Assembly (NCBI GenBank): GCA_044892525.1
Contig: CM097885.1
Span: 200,446,001-200,510,000 of the forward strand
Direction of reading: 5' to 3'
DNA length: 64,000 nt
Source of the DNA: Schmidtea polychroa
Lineage: Eukaryota
Shown here: positions 8,901-22,500 of the stretch, one piece after another
Layout of the letters: each line of letters begins with the position of its first letter
How positions within the stretch are numbered: the stretch's first letter is position 1
Position numbers and translations under genes: made by a program
Notes under the pieces: model-generated
Told to the model about the DNA's origin: nothing
Seen by the model: only the letters and a program-made list of their open reading frames with translations
The model's database searches: none

Positions 8901-10106
8901 GTTCAAAAGTTAACGTCATAATTCCAAGTATTTTCAAACAAATTTTCAGTATTGAATAAAATATTTTCAAAACCATTTATTAAAATTTCGATATTTAAAA
9001 AATATTTATTTAAAGATTATTTACGAATAAAACTTCTTTTAATTTTTCAATTTAAAAATTTCAATTTAAAAAATTCAATTTAAAAATTATTTTAAAAGTT
9101 ATTTTAATAGTCCATTATTTATCATTTAAAATTATCTTAATAAATCATTGAAATATTTAATTCTCAGGTGAAAACACCTCACAAAGACAAAATAACGGTG
9201 AAAAGGAAAATCTCAACTTCAAAATTCTAATTTTACATAAAAAAGCTCAAGGCCATTTTACAGATTTAAACAAGATACTTTATAATATCAAGTTAATTTT
9301 ATCCACAAAATACAGCCGCATTATCCTAAAAGTTAGACGAAAGAACTAATATAAACTTCAAAGCTTAATATATATGTAAAATCATTAACCAATTTCTCAA
9401 TGTACAGGAGACGTCGATGATAATACTATGAAAGAATTTTTGAATTATGTTGAGAGTCAAAAATAAAGAACATTCTTACTATAGGGTAACTGATGAGAGT
9501 TTAAGAAGTTTTTGGAAGAAATCATGAACAGGATGTACCAATTAATAGAAAACATGAAGAAAATAAATAAATTATGATTTACAGTACTGGCTGCTTCAGA
9601 AACCGAAAGTAACATGAAAGGTATGGAGATAGAGGACTTGTAAAGACAATATAATTCAGAAAATGAAGCAAATATATAAAGTGAAACATAAAAAAACAAC
9701 CTAAACGTAAGAACAAGAAGAAAACAGAGTACAATTCCCAGAAAAAATAACTGAAAAGCGAATTGATCATTGCATGGAACAAATTGATAAGGGAATAAAT
9801 AGACTTAACGGAGTTGATCCGAAACTCGAAAAACGAAACAACACTAAGAAATCATCTGAAAACATAAAAAATAAAAAAGTAAAGCTATCAAAAAAAAACA
9901 TTAAGCAAGAAACTGAAGATAATTTCGCGAATTAAAACGATTAATAAAAAAATAATAAAAAACAGAATAAATCAAATATAAATTTATTAATCAACAAACA
10001 GTGAATTAAATGTAAATAATTCCAAAAATCGTCGCGCTTTCCATAAATGTGAACCACGACGCAACAGAGCATTTTCAAATATAAAAAAAATAAAATTAAA
10101 TTAAAA

Positions 10107-10110
<4 letters not shown>

Positions 10111-10166
<56 letters not shown>
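10111..10166. repeat. (TA)n microsatellite
   Basis: About 28 TA units read directly. Confidence 0.98.
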
Positions 10167-10170
<4 letters not shown>

Positions 10171-10349
10171 TTAATAAAAAATTTGTTTTAAATATAAAAA
10201 AAAATAAAATTAGAATAAAATAAATAAAAAAATTAGAAAAAACAAATCAAAAATGAAAATATTATTAAATAAAACTATCAAAAAATAATTGAATAAATTT
10301 GATTAGGAATACATTATATGATGAAGATCAAATAAAATTATAATTATAG

Positions 10350-10465
10350 AAAAGGATCAGTTGTTGCTGACACGAGTGTGGAGATGAGTACACCTTGGAG
10401 TAATTATTCAGTCCCGAGAATGACTATTGCATTTGAGAATGGGACCGCACGGAATGATATAACAG
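10350..10465 (+). CDS. Mucin gene exon: C-terminal half of a SEA domain (R|KGSVVADTSVEM...NDITG)
   Basis: Acceptor ttatag| at 10349 (phase 2), SEA-type GSVV motif, donor G|gtaaag at 10466. The upstream exon with the SEA N-half was not found in the window. Confidence 0.75.
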
Positions 10466-10508
10466 GTAAAGCTTAGTTAAATGATTACTTTTGAAATATT
10501 GAAATCAG
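10466..10508 (+). other. Host intron, 43 nt, phase 1
   Basis: G|GTAAAG...AATCAG|TA. Joins the SEA exon in frame to the 8184-aa ORF and removes the TAG at 10474. Confidence 0.75.
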
Positions 10509-13500
10509 TAAATATCACAAGCCAATCAACAACATTGACAAAAATTGACCCATCTTCAGTATCGATGTCCACATCTTCAGTAACTCCAACGACTGGAACA
10601 AAAACGAGTGAAAGTTCAACAACGAAATCTACTGAAAGCACCACAGGCATTTCATCTACTGACAAAACAAGTGCGACCACAACTTCAGAATCACCAACAA
10701 CGTCAAGCAGCCAAACAACAAGCTCGATAGAAAGCACTAGTTCCACAAGTCGAACTTCATCAGCACCTGTTACAGACACATCAATCAAGTCAACTAGCCT
10801 ACCAGAAACGTCTTCAATGTCAACAGGAAAAACGAGTGAAAAATCAACTAGTTTGAGTAGCATTGACACTTCATCAGTATCGTCGTCCACATCTTCAGTA
10901 ACTCCAACGACTGGAACAAAAACGAGTGAAAGTTCAACAACGAAATCTACTGAAAGCACCACAGGCATTTCATCTACTGACAAAACAAGTGCGACCACAA
11001 CTTCAGAATCACCAACAACGTCAAGCAGCCAAACAACAAGCTCGATAGAAAGCACTAGTTCCACAAGTCGAACTTCATCAGCACCTGTTACAGACACATC
11101 AATCAAGTCAACTAGCCCACCAGAAACGTCTTCAATGTCAACAGGAAAAACGAGTGAAAAATCAACTAGTTTGAGTAGCATTGACACTTCATCAGTATCG
11201 TCGTCCACATCTTCAGTAACTCCAACGACTGGAACAAAAACGAGTGAAAGTTCAACAACGAAATCTACTGAAAGCACCACAGGCATTTCATCTACTGACA
11301 AAACAAGTGCAAAGACAACTTCAGAATCACCAACAACGTCAAGCAGCCAAACAACAAGCTCGATAGAAAGCACTAGTTCCACAAGTCGAACTTCATCAGC
11401 ACCTGTTACAGACACATCAATCAAGTCAACTAGCCTACCAGAAACGTCTTCAATGTCAACAGGAAAAACGAGTGAAAAATCAACTAGTTTGAGTAGCATT
11501 GACACTTCATCAGTATCGTCGTCCACATCTTCAGTAACTCCAACGACTGGAACAAAAACTATTGAAAGTTCAACAACGAAATCTACTGAAAGCACCACAG
11601 GCATTTCATCTACTGACAAAACAAGTGCGAAGACAACTTCAGAATCACCAACAACGTCAAGCAGCCAAACAACAAGCTCGATAGAAAGCACTAGTTCCAC
11701 AAGTCGAACTTCATCAGCACCTGTAACAGACACATCAATCAAGTCAACTAGCCTACCAAAAACGTCTTCAATGTCAACAGGAAAAACGAGTGAAAAATCA
11801 ACTAGTTTGAGTAGCATTGACACTTCATCAGTATCGTCGTCCACATCTTCAGTAACTCCAACGACTGGAACAAAAACGAGTGAAAGTTCAACAAAGAAAT
11901 CTACTGAAAGCACCACAGGCATTTCATCTACTGACAAAACAAGTGCGACCACAACTTCAGAATCACCAACAACGTCAAGCAGCAAAACAACAAGCTCGAT
12001 AGAAAGCACTAGTTCCACAAGTCGAACTTCATCAGCACCTGTAACAGACACATCAATCAAGTCAACTAGCCTACCAGAAACGTCTTCAATGTCAACAGGA
12101 AAAACGAGTGAAAAATCAACTAGTTTGAGTAGCATTGACACTTCATCAGTATCGTCGTCCACATCTTCAGTAACTCCAACGACTGGAACAAAAACGAGTG
12201 AAAGTTCAACAACGAAATCTACTGAAAGCACCACAGGCATTTCATCTACTGACAAAACAAGTGCGACCACAACTTCAGAATCACCAACAACGTCAAGCAG
12301 CCAAACAACAAGCTCGATAGAAAGCACTAGTTCCACAAGTCGAACTTCATCAGCACCTGTTACAGACACATCAATCAAGTCAACTAGCCTACCAGAAACG
12401 TCTTCAATGTCAACAGGAAAAACGAGTGAAAAATCAACTACTTTGAGTAGCATTGACACTTCATCAGTATCGTCGTCCACATCTTCAGTAACTCCAACGA
12501 CTGGAACAAAAACGAGTGAAAGTTCAACAACGAAATCTACTGAAAGCACCACAGGCATTTCATCTACTGACAAAACAAGTGCGACCACAACTTCAGAATC
12601 ACCAACAACGTCAAGCAGCCAAACAACAAGCTCGATAGAAAGCACTAGTTCCACAAGTCGAACTTCATCAGCACCTGTTACAGACACATCAATCAAGTCA
12701 ACTAGCCTACCAGAAACGTCTTCAATGTCAACAGGAAAAACGAGTGAAAAATCAACTAGTTTGAGTAGCATTGACACTTCATCAGTATCGTCGTCCACAT
12801 CTTCAGTAACTCCAACGACTGGAACAAAAACTATTGAAAGTTCAACAACGAAATCTACTGAAAGCACCACAGGCATTTCATCTACTGACAAAACAAGTGC
12901 GAAGACAACTTCAGAATCACCAACAACGTCAAGCAGCCAAACAACAAGCTCGATAGAAAGCACTAGTTCCACAAGTCGAACTTCATCAGCACCTGTAACA
13001 GACACATCAATCAAGTCAACTAGCCTACCAAAAACGTCTTCAATGTCAACAGGAAAAACGAGTGAAAAATCAACTAGTTTGAGTAGCATTGACACTTCAT
13101 CAGTATCGTCGTCCACATCTTCAGTAACTCCAACGACTGGAACAAAAACGAGTGAAAGTTCAACAACGAAATCTACTGAAAGCACCACAGGCATTTCATC
13201 TACTGACAAAACAAGTGCGAAGACAACTTCAGAATCACCAACAACGTCAAGCAGCCAAACAACAAGCTCGATAGAAAGCACTAGTTCCACAAGTCGAACT
13301 TCATCAGCACCTGTAACAGACACATCAATCAAGTCAACTAGCCTACCAAAAACGTCTTCAATGTCAACAGGGAAAACGAGTGAAAAATCAACTAGTTTGA
13401 GTAGCATTGACACTTCATCAGTATCGTCGTCCACATCTTCAGTAACTCCAACGACTGGAACAAAAACGAGTGAAAGTTCAACAACGAAATCTACTGAAAG

Positions 13501-16500
13501 CACCACAGGCATTTCATCTACTGACAAAACAAGTGCGACCACAACTTCAGAATCACCAACAACGTCAAGCAGCCAAACAACAAGCTCGATAGAAAGCACT
13601 AGTTCCACAAGTCGAACTTCATCAGCACCTGTAACAGACACATCAATCAAGTCAACTAGCCTACCAGAAACGTCTTCAATGTCAACAGGAAAAACGAGTG
13701 AAAAATCAACTAGTTTGAGTAGCATTGACACTTCATCCGTATCTTCGTCCACGTCTTCAGTAACTCCAACGACTGGAACAAAAACGAGTGAAAGTTCAAC
13801 AACCAAATCTACTGAAAGCACCACAGGCATTTCATCTACTGACAAAACAAGTGCGAAGACAACTTCAGAATCACCAACAACGTCAAGCAGCCAAACAACA
13901 AGCTCGATAGAAAGCACTAGTTCCACAAGTCGAACTTCATCAGCACCTGTAACAGACACATCAATCAAGTCAACTAGCCTACCAGAAACGTCTTCAATGT
14001 CAACAGGAAAAACGAGTGAAAAATCAACTAGTTTGAGTAGCATTGACACTTCATCAGTATCGTCGTCCACATCTTCAGTAACTCCAACGACTGGAACAAA
14101 AACGAGTGAAAGTTCAACAACGAAATCTACTGAAAGCACCACAGGCATTTCATCTACTGACAAAACAAGTGCAAAGACAACTTCAGAATCACCAACAACG
14201 TCAAGCAGCCAAACAACAAGCTCGATAGAAAGCACTAGTTCCACAAGTCGAACTTCATCAGCACCTGTAACAGACACATCAATCAAGTCAACTAGCCTAC
14301 CAGAAACGTCTTCAATGTCAACAGGAAAAACGAGTGAAAAATCAACTAGTTTGAGTAGCATTGACACTTCATCCGTATCTTCGTCCACGTCTTCAGTAAC
14401 TCCAACGACTGGAACAAAAACGAGTGAAAGTTCAACAACGAAATCTACTGAAAGCACCACAGGCATTTCATCTACTGACAAAACAAGTGCGAAGACAACT
14501 TCAGAATCACCAACAACGTCAAGCAGCCAAACAACAAGCTCGATAGAAAGCACTAGTTCCACAAGTCGAACTTCATCAGCACCTGTAACAGACACATCAA
14601 TCAAGTCAACTAGCCTACCAAAAACGTCTTCAATGTCAACAGGAAAAACGAGTGAAAAATCAACTAGTTTGAGTAGCATTGACACTTCATCAGTATCGTC
14701 GTCCACATCTTCAGTAACTCCAACGACTGGAACAAAAACGAGTGAAAGTTCAACAACGAAATCTACTGAAAGCACCACAGGCATTTCATCTAATGACAAA
14801 ACAAGTGCGACCACAACTTCAGAATCACCAACAACGTCAAGCAGCCAAACAACAAGCTCGATAGAAAGCACTAGTTCCACAAGTCGAACTTCATCAGCAC
14901 CTGTAACAGACACATCAATCAAGTCAACTAGCCTACCAGAAACGTCTTCAATGTCAACAGGAAAAACGAGTGAAAAATCAACTAGTTTGAGTAGCATTGA
15001 CACTTCATCCGTATCTTCGTCCACGTCTTCAGTAACTCCAACGACTGGAACAAAAACGAGTGAAAGTTCAACAACGAAATCTACTGAAAGCACCACAGGC
15101 ATTTCATCTACTGACAAAACAAGTGCGAAGACAACTTCAGAATCACCAACAACGTCAAGCAGCCAAACAACAAGCTCGATAGAAAGCACTAGTTCCACAA
15201 GTCGAACTTCATCAGCACCTGTGACAGACACATCAATCAAGTCAACTAGCCTACCAGACACGTCTTCAATGTCAACAGGAAAAACGAGTGAAAAATCAAC
15301 TAGTTTGAGTAGCATTGACACTTCATCAGTATCGTCGTCCACATCTTCAGTAACTCCAACGACTGGAACAAAAACGAGTGAAAGTTCAACAACGAAATCT
15401 ACTGAAAGCACCACAGGCATTTCATCTACTGACAAAACAAGTGCGACCACAACTTCAGAATCACCAACAACGTCAAGCAGCCAAACATCAAGCTCGATAG
15501 AAAGCACTAGTTCCACAAGTCGAACTTCATCAGCACCTGTAACAGACACATCAATCAAGTCAACTAGCCTACCAGAAACGTCTTCAATGTCAACAGGAAA
15601 AACGAGTGAAAAATCAACTAGTTTGAGTAGCATTGACACTTCATCCGTATCTTCGTCCACGTCTTCAGTAACTCCAACGACTGGAACAAAAACGAGTGAA
15701 AGTTCAACAACGAAATCTACTGAAAGCACCACAGGCATTTCATCTACTGACAAAACAAGTGCGAAGACAACTTCAGAATCACCAACAACGTCAAGCAGCC
15801 AAACAACAAGCTCGATAGAAAGCACTAGTTCCACAAGTCGAACTTCATCAGCACCTGTAACAGACACATCAATCAAGTCAACTAGCCTACCAGAAACGTC
15901 TTCAATGTCAACAGGAAAAACGAGTGAAAAATCAACTAGTTTGAGTAGCATTGACACTTCATCCGTATCTTCGTCCACGTCTTCAGTAACTCCAACGACT
16001 GGAACAAAAACGAGTGAAAGTTCAACAACGAAATCTACTGAAAGCACCACAGGCATTTCATCTACTGACAAAACAAGTGCGAAGACAACTTCAGAATCAC
16101 CAACAACGTCAAGCAGCCAAACAACAAGCTCGATAGAAAGCACTAGTTCCACAAGTCGAACTTCATCAGCACCTGTAACAGACACATCAATCAAGTCAAC
16201 TAGCCTACCAGAAACGTCTTCAATGTCAACAGGAAAAACGAGTGAAAAATCAACTAGTTTGAGTAGCATTGACACTTCATCAGTATCGTCGTCCACATCT
16301 TCAGTAACTCCAACGACTGGAACAAAAACGAGTGAAAGTTCAACAACGAAATCTACTGAAAGCACCACAGGCATTTCATCTACTGACAAAACAAGTGCGA
16401 CCACAACTTCAGAATCACCAACAACGTCAAGCAGCCAAACAACAAGCTCGATAGAAAGCACTAGTTCCACAAGTCGAACTTCATCAGCACCTGTTACAGA

Positions 16501-19500
16501 CACATCAATCAAGTCAACTAGCCTACCAGAAACGTCTTCAATGTCAACAGGAAAAACGAGTGAAAAATCAACTAGTTTGAGTAGCATTGACACTTCATCC
16601 GTATCTTCGTCCACGTCTTCAGTAACTCCAACGACTGGAACAAAAACGAGTGAAAGTTCAACAACGAAATCTACTGAAAGCACCACAGGCATTTCATCTA
16701 CTGACAAAACAAGTGCGAAGACAACTTCAGAATCACCAACAACGTCAAGCAGCCAAACAACAAGCTCGATAGAAAGCACTAGTTCCACAAGTCGAACTTC
16801 ATCAGCACCTGTAACAGACACATCAATCAAGTCAACTAGCCTACCAGAAACGTCTTCAATGTCAACAGGAAAAACGAGTGAAAAATCAACTAGTTTGAGT
16901 AGCATTGACACTTCATCAGTATCGTCGTCCACATCTTCAGTAACTCCAACGACTGGAACAAAAACGAGTGAAAGTTCAACAACGAAATCTACTGAAAGCA
17001 CCACAGGCATTTCATCTACTGACAAAACAAGTGCGACCACAACTTCAGAATCACCAACAACGTCAAGCAGCCAAACAACAAGCTCGATAGAAAGCACTAG
17101 TTCCACAAGTCGAACTTCATCAGCACCTGTTACAGACACATCAATCAAGTCAACTAGCCTACCAGAAACGTCTTCAATGTCAACAGGAAAAACGAGTGAA
17201 AAATCAACTAGTTTGAGTAGCATTGACACTTCATCAGTATCGTCGTCCACATCTTCAGGAACTCCAACGACTGGAACAAAAACGAGTGAAAGTTCAACAA
17301 CGAAATCCACTGAAAGCACCACAGGCATTTCATCTACTGACAAAACAAGTGCGACCACAACTTCAGAATCACCAACAACGTCAAGCAGCCAAACAACAAG
17401 CTCGATAGAAAGCACTAGTTCCACAAGTCGAACTTCATCAGCACCTGTTACAGACACATCAATCAAGTCAACTAGCCTACCAGAAACGTCTTCAATGTCA
17501 ACAGGAAAAACGAGTGAAAAATCAACTACTTTGAGTAGCATTGACACTTCATCAGTATCGTCGTCCACATCTTCAGTAACACCAACGACTGGAACAAAAA
17601 CGAGTGAAAGTTCAACAACTAAATCTACTGAAAGCACCACAGGCATTTCATCTACTGACAAAACAAGTGCGACCACAACTTCAGAATCACCAACAACGTC
17701 AAGCAGCCAAAGAACAAGCTCGATAGAAAGCACTAGTTCCACAAGTCGAACTTCATCAGCACCTGTTACAGACACATCAATCAAGTCAACTAGCCTACCA
17801 GAAACGTCTTCAATGTCAACAGGAAAAACGAGCGAAAAATCAACTAGTTTGAGTAGCATTGACACTTCATCAGTATCGTCGTCCACATCTTCAGTAACTC
17901 CAACGACTGGAACAAAAACTATTGAAAGTTCAACAACGAAATCTACTGAAAGCACCACAGGCATTTCATCTACTGACAAAACAAGTGCGAAGACAACTTC
18001 AGAATCACCAACAACGTCAAGCAGCCAAACAACAAGTTCGATAGAAAGCACTAGTTCCACAAGTCGAACTTCATCAGCACCTGTTACAGACACATCAATC
18101 AAGTCAACTAGCCTACCAAAAACGTCTTCAATGTCAACAGGAAAAACGAGTGAAAAATCAACTAGTTTGAGTAGCATTGACACTTCATCAGTATCGTCGT
18201 CCACATCTTCAGTAACTCCAACGACTGGAACAAAAACGAGTGAAAGTTCAACAACGAAATCTACTGAAAGCACCACAGGCATTTCATCTACTGACAAAAC
18301 AAGTGCGACCACAACTTCAGAATCACCAACAACGTCAAGCAGCCAAAGAACAAGCTCGATAGAAAGCACTAGTTCTACAAGTCGAACTTCATCAGCACCT
18401 GTAACAGACACATCAATCAAGTCAACTAGCCTACCAGAAACGTCTTCAATGTCAACAGGAAAAACGAGTGAAAAATCAACTAGTTTGAGTAGCATTGACA
18501 CTTCATCCGTATCTTCGTCCACGTCTTCAGTAACTCCAACGACTGGAACAAAAACGAGTGAAAGTTCAACAACGAAATCTACTGAAAGCACCACAGGCAT
18601 TTCATCTACTGACAAAACAAGTGCGAAGACAACTTCAGAATCACCAACAACGTCAAGCAGCCAAACAACAAGCTCGATAGAAAGCACTAGTTCCACAAGT
18701 CGAACTTCATCAGCACCTGTAACAGACACATCAATCAAGTCAACTAGCCTACCAGAAACGTCTTCAATGTCAACAGGAAAAACGAGTGAAAAATCAAATA
18801 GTTTGAGTAGCATTGACACTTCATCAGTATCGTCGTCCACATCTTCAGTAACTCCAACGACTGGAACAAAAACGAGTGAAAGTTCAACAACGAAATCTAC
18901 TGAAAGCACCACAGGCATTTCATCTACTGACAAAACAAGTGCGAAGACAACTTCAGAATCACCAACAACGTCAAGCAGCCAAACAATAAGCTCGATAGAA
19001 AGCACTAGTTCCACAAGTCGAACTTCATCAGCACCTGTTACAGACACATCAATCAAGTCAACTAGCCTACCAGAAACGTCTTCAATGTCAACAGGAAAAA
19101 CGAGCGAAAAATCAACTAGTTTGAGTAGCATTGACACTTCATCAGTATCGTCGTCCACATCTTCAGTAACTCCAACGACTGGAACAAAAACTATTGAAAG
19201 TTCAACAACGAAATCTACTGAAAGCACCACAGGCATTTCATCTACTGACAAAACAAGTGCGAAGACAACTTCAGAATCACCAACAACGTCAAGCAGCCAA
19301 ACAACAAGTTCGATAGAAAGCACTAGTTCCACAAGTCGAACTTCATCAGCACCTGTTACAGACACATCAATCAAGTCAACTAGCCTACCAAAAACGTCTT
19401 CAATGTCAACAGGAAAAACGAGTGAAAAATCAACTAGTTTGAGTAGCATTGACACTTCATCAGTATCGTCGTCCACATCTTCAGTAACTCCAACGACTGG

Positions 19501-22500
19501 AACAAAAACGAGTGAAAGTTCAACAACGAAATCTACTGAAAGCACCACAGGCATTTCATCTACTGACAAAACAAGTGCGACCACAACTTCAGAATCACCA
19601 ACAACGTCAAGCAGCCAAAGAACAAGCTCGATAGAAAGCACTAGTTCTACAAGTCGAACTTCATCAGCACCTGTAACAGACACATCAATCAAGTCAACTA
19701 GCCTACCAGAAACGTCTTCAATGTCAACAGGAAAAACGAGTGAAAAATCAACTAGTTTGAGTAGCATTGACACTTCATCCGTATCTTCGTCCACGTCTTC
19801 AGTAACTCCAACGACTGGAACAAAAACGAGTGAAAGTTCAACAACGAAATCTACTGAAAGCACCACAGGCATTTCATCTACTGACAAAACAAGTGCGAAG
19901 ACAACTTCAGAATCACCAACAACGTCAAGCAGCCAAACAACAAGCTCGATAGAAAGCACTAGTTCCACAAGTCGAACTTCATCAGCACCTGTAACAGACA
20001 CATCAATCAAGTCAACTAGCCTACCAGAAACGTCTTCAATGTCAACAGGAAAAACGAGTGAAAAATCAAATAGTTTGAGTAGCATTGACACTTCATCAGT
20101 ATCGTCGTCCACATCTTCAGTAACTCCAACGACTGGAACAAAAACGAGTGAAAGTTCAACAACGAAATCTACTGAAAGCACCACAGGCATTTCATCTACT
20201 GACAAAACAAGTGCGAAGACAACTTCAGAATCACCAACAACGTCAAGCAGCCAAACAATAAGCTCGATAGAAAGCACTAGTTCCACAAGTCGAACTTCAT
20301 CAGCACCTGTAACAGACACATCAATCAAGTCAACTAGCCTACCAGAAACGTCTTCAATGTCAACAGGAAAAACGAGTGAAAAATCAACTAGTTTGAGTAG
20401 CATTGACACTTCATCATTATCGTCGTCCACATCTTCAGTAACTCCAACGACTGGAACAAAAACGAGTGAAAGTTCAACAACGAAATCTACTGAAAGCACC
20501 ACAGGCATTTCATCTACTGACAAAACAAGTGCGACCACAACTTCAGAATCACCAACAACGTCAAGCAGCCAAACAACAAGCTCGATAGAAAGCACTAGTT
20601 CCACAAGTCGAACTTCATCAGCACCTGAAACAGACACATCAATCAAGTCAACTAGCCTACCAGAAAAGTCTTCAATGTCAACAGGAAAAACGAGTGAAAA
20701 ATCAACTAGTTTGAGTAGCATTGACACTTCATCAGTATCGTCGTCCACATCTTCAGTAACTCCAACGACTGGAACAAAAACGAGTGAAAGTTCAACAACG
20801 AAATCTACTGAAAGCACCACAGGCATTTCATCTACTGACAAAACAAGTGCGACCACAACTTCAGAATCACCAACAACGTCAAGCAGCCAAATAACAAGCT
20901 CGATCGAAAGCACTAGTTCCACAAGTCGAACTTCATCAGCACCTGTAACAGACACATCAATCAAGTCAACTAGCCTACCAGAAACGTCTTCAATGTCAAC
21001 AGGAAAAACGAGTGAAAAATCAACTAGTTTGAGTAACATTGACACTTCATCAGTATCGTCGTCCACATCTTCAGTAACTCCAACGACTGGAACAAAAACG
21101 AGTGAAAGTTCAACAACCAAATCTACTGAAAGCACCACAGGCATTTCATCTACTGACAAAACAAGTGCGACCACAACTTCAGAATCACCAACAACGTCAA
21201 GCAGCCAAACAACAAGCTCGATAGAAAGCACTAGTTCCACAAGTCGAACTTCATCAGCACCTGTAACAGACACATCAATCAAGTCAACTAGCCTACCAGA
21301 AACGTCTTCAATGTCAACAGGAAAAACGAGTGAAAAATCAACTAGTTTGAGTAGCATTGACACTTCATCAGTATCGTCGTCCACATCTTCAGTAACTCAA
21401 GAAACTGGAACAAAAACGAGTGAAAGTTCAACAACGAAATCTACTGAAAGCACCACAGGCATTTCATCTACTGACAAAACAAGTGCGACCACAACTTCAG
21501 AATCACCAACAACGTCAAGCAGCCAAACAACAAGCTCGATAGAAAGCACTAGTTCCACAAGTCGAACTTCATCAGCACCTGAAACAGACACATCAATCAA
21601 GTCAACTAGCCTACCAGAAAAGTCTTCAATGTCAACAGGAAAAACGAGTGAAAAATCAACTAGTTTGAGTAGCATTGACACTTCATCATTATCGTCGTCC
21701 ACATCTTCAGTAACTCCAACGACTGGAACAAAAACGAGTGAAAGTTCAACAACGAAATCTACTGAAAGCACCACAGGCATTTCATCTACTGACAAAACAA
21801 GTGCGACCACAACTTCAGAATCACCAACAACGTCAAGCAGCCAAATAACAAGCTCGATCGAAAGCACTAGTTCCACAAGTCGAACTTCATCAGCACCTGT
21901 AACAGACACATCAATCAAGTCAACTAGCCTACCAGAAACGTCTTCAATGTCAACAGGAAAAACGAGTGAAAAATCAACTAGTTTGAGTAACATTGACACT
22001 TCATCAGTATCGTCGTCCACATCTTCAGTAACTCCAACGACTGGAACAAAAACGAGTGAAAGTTCAACAACCAAATCTACTGAAAGCACCACAGGGATTT
22101 CATCTACTGACAAAACAAGTGCGACCACAACTTCAGAATCACCAACAACGTCAAGCAGCCAAACAACAAGCTCGATAGAAAGCACTAGTTCCACAAGTCG
22201 AACTTCATCAGCACCTGTAACAGACACATCAATCAAGTCAACTAGCCTACCAGAAACGTCTTCAATGTCAACAGGAAAAACGAGTGAAAAATCAACTAGT
22301 TTGAGTAGCATTGACACTTCATCAGTATCGTCGTCCACATCTTCAGTAACTCCAACGACTGGAACAAAAACGAGTGAAAGTTCAACAACGAAATCTACTG
22401 AAAGCACCACAGGCATTTCATCTACTGACAAAACAAGTGCGACCACAACTTCAGAATCACTAACAACGTCAAGTAGCCAAACAACAAGCTTGATAGAAAG

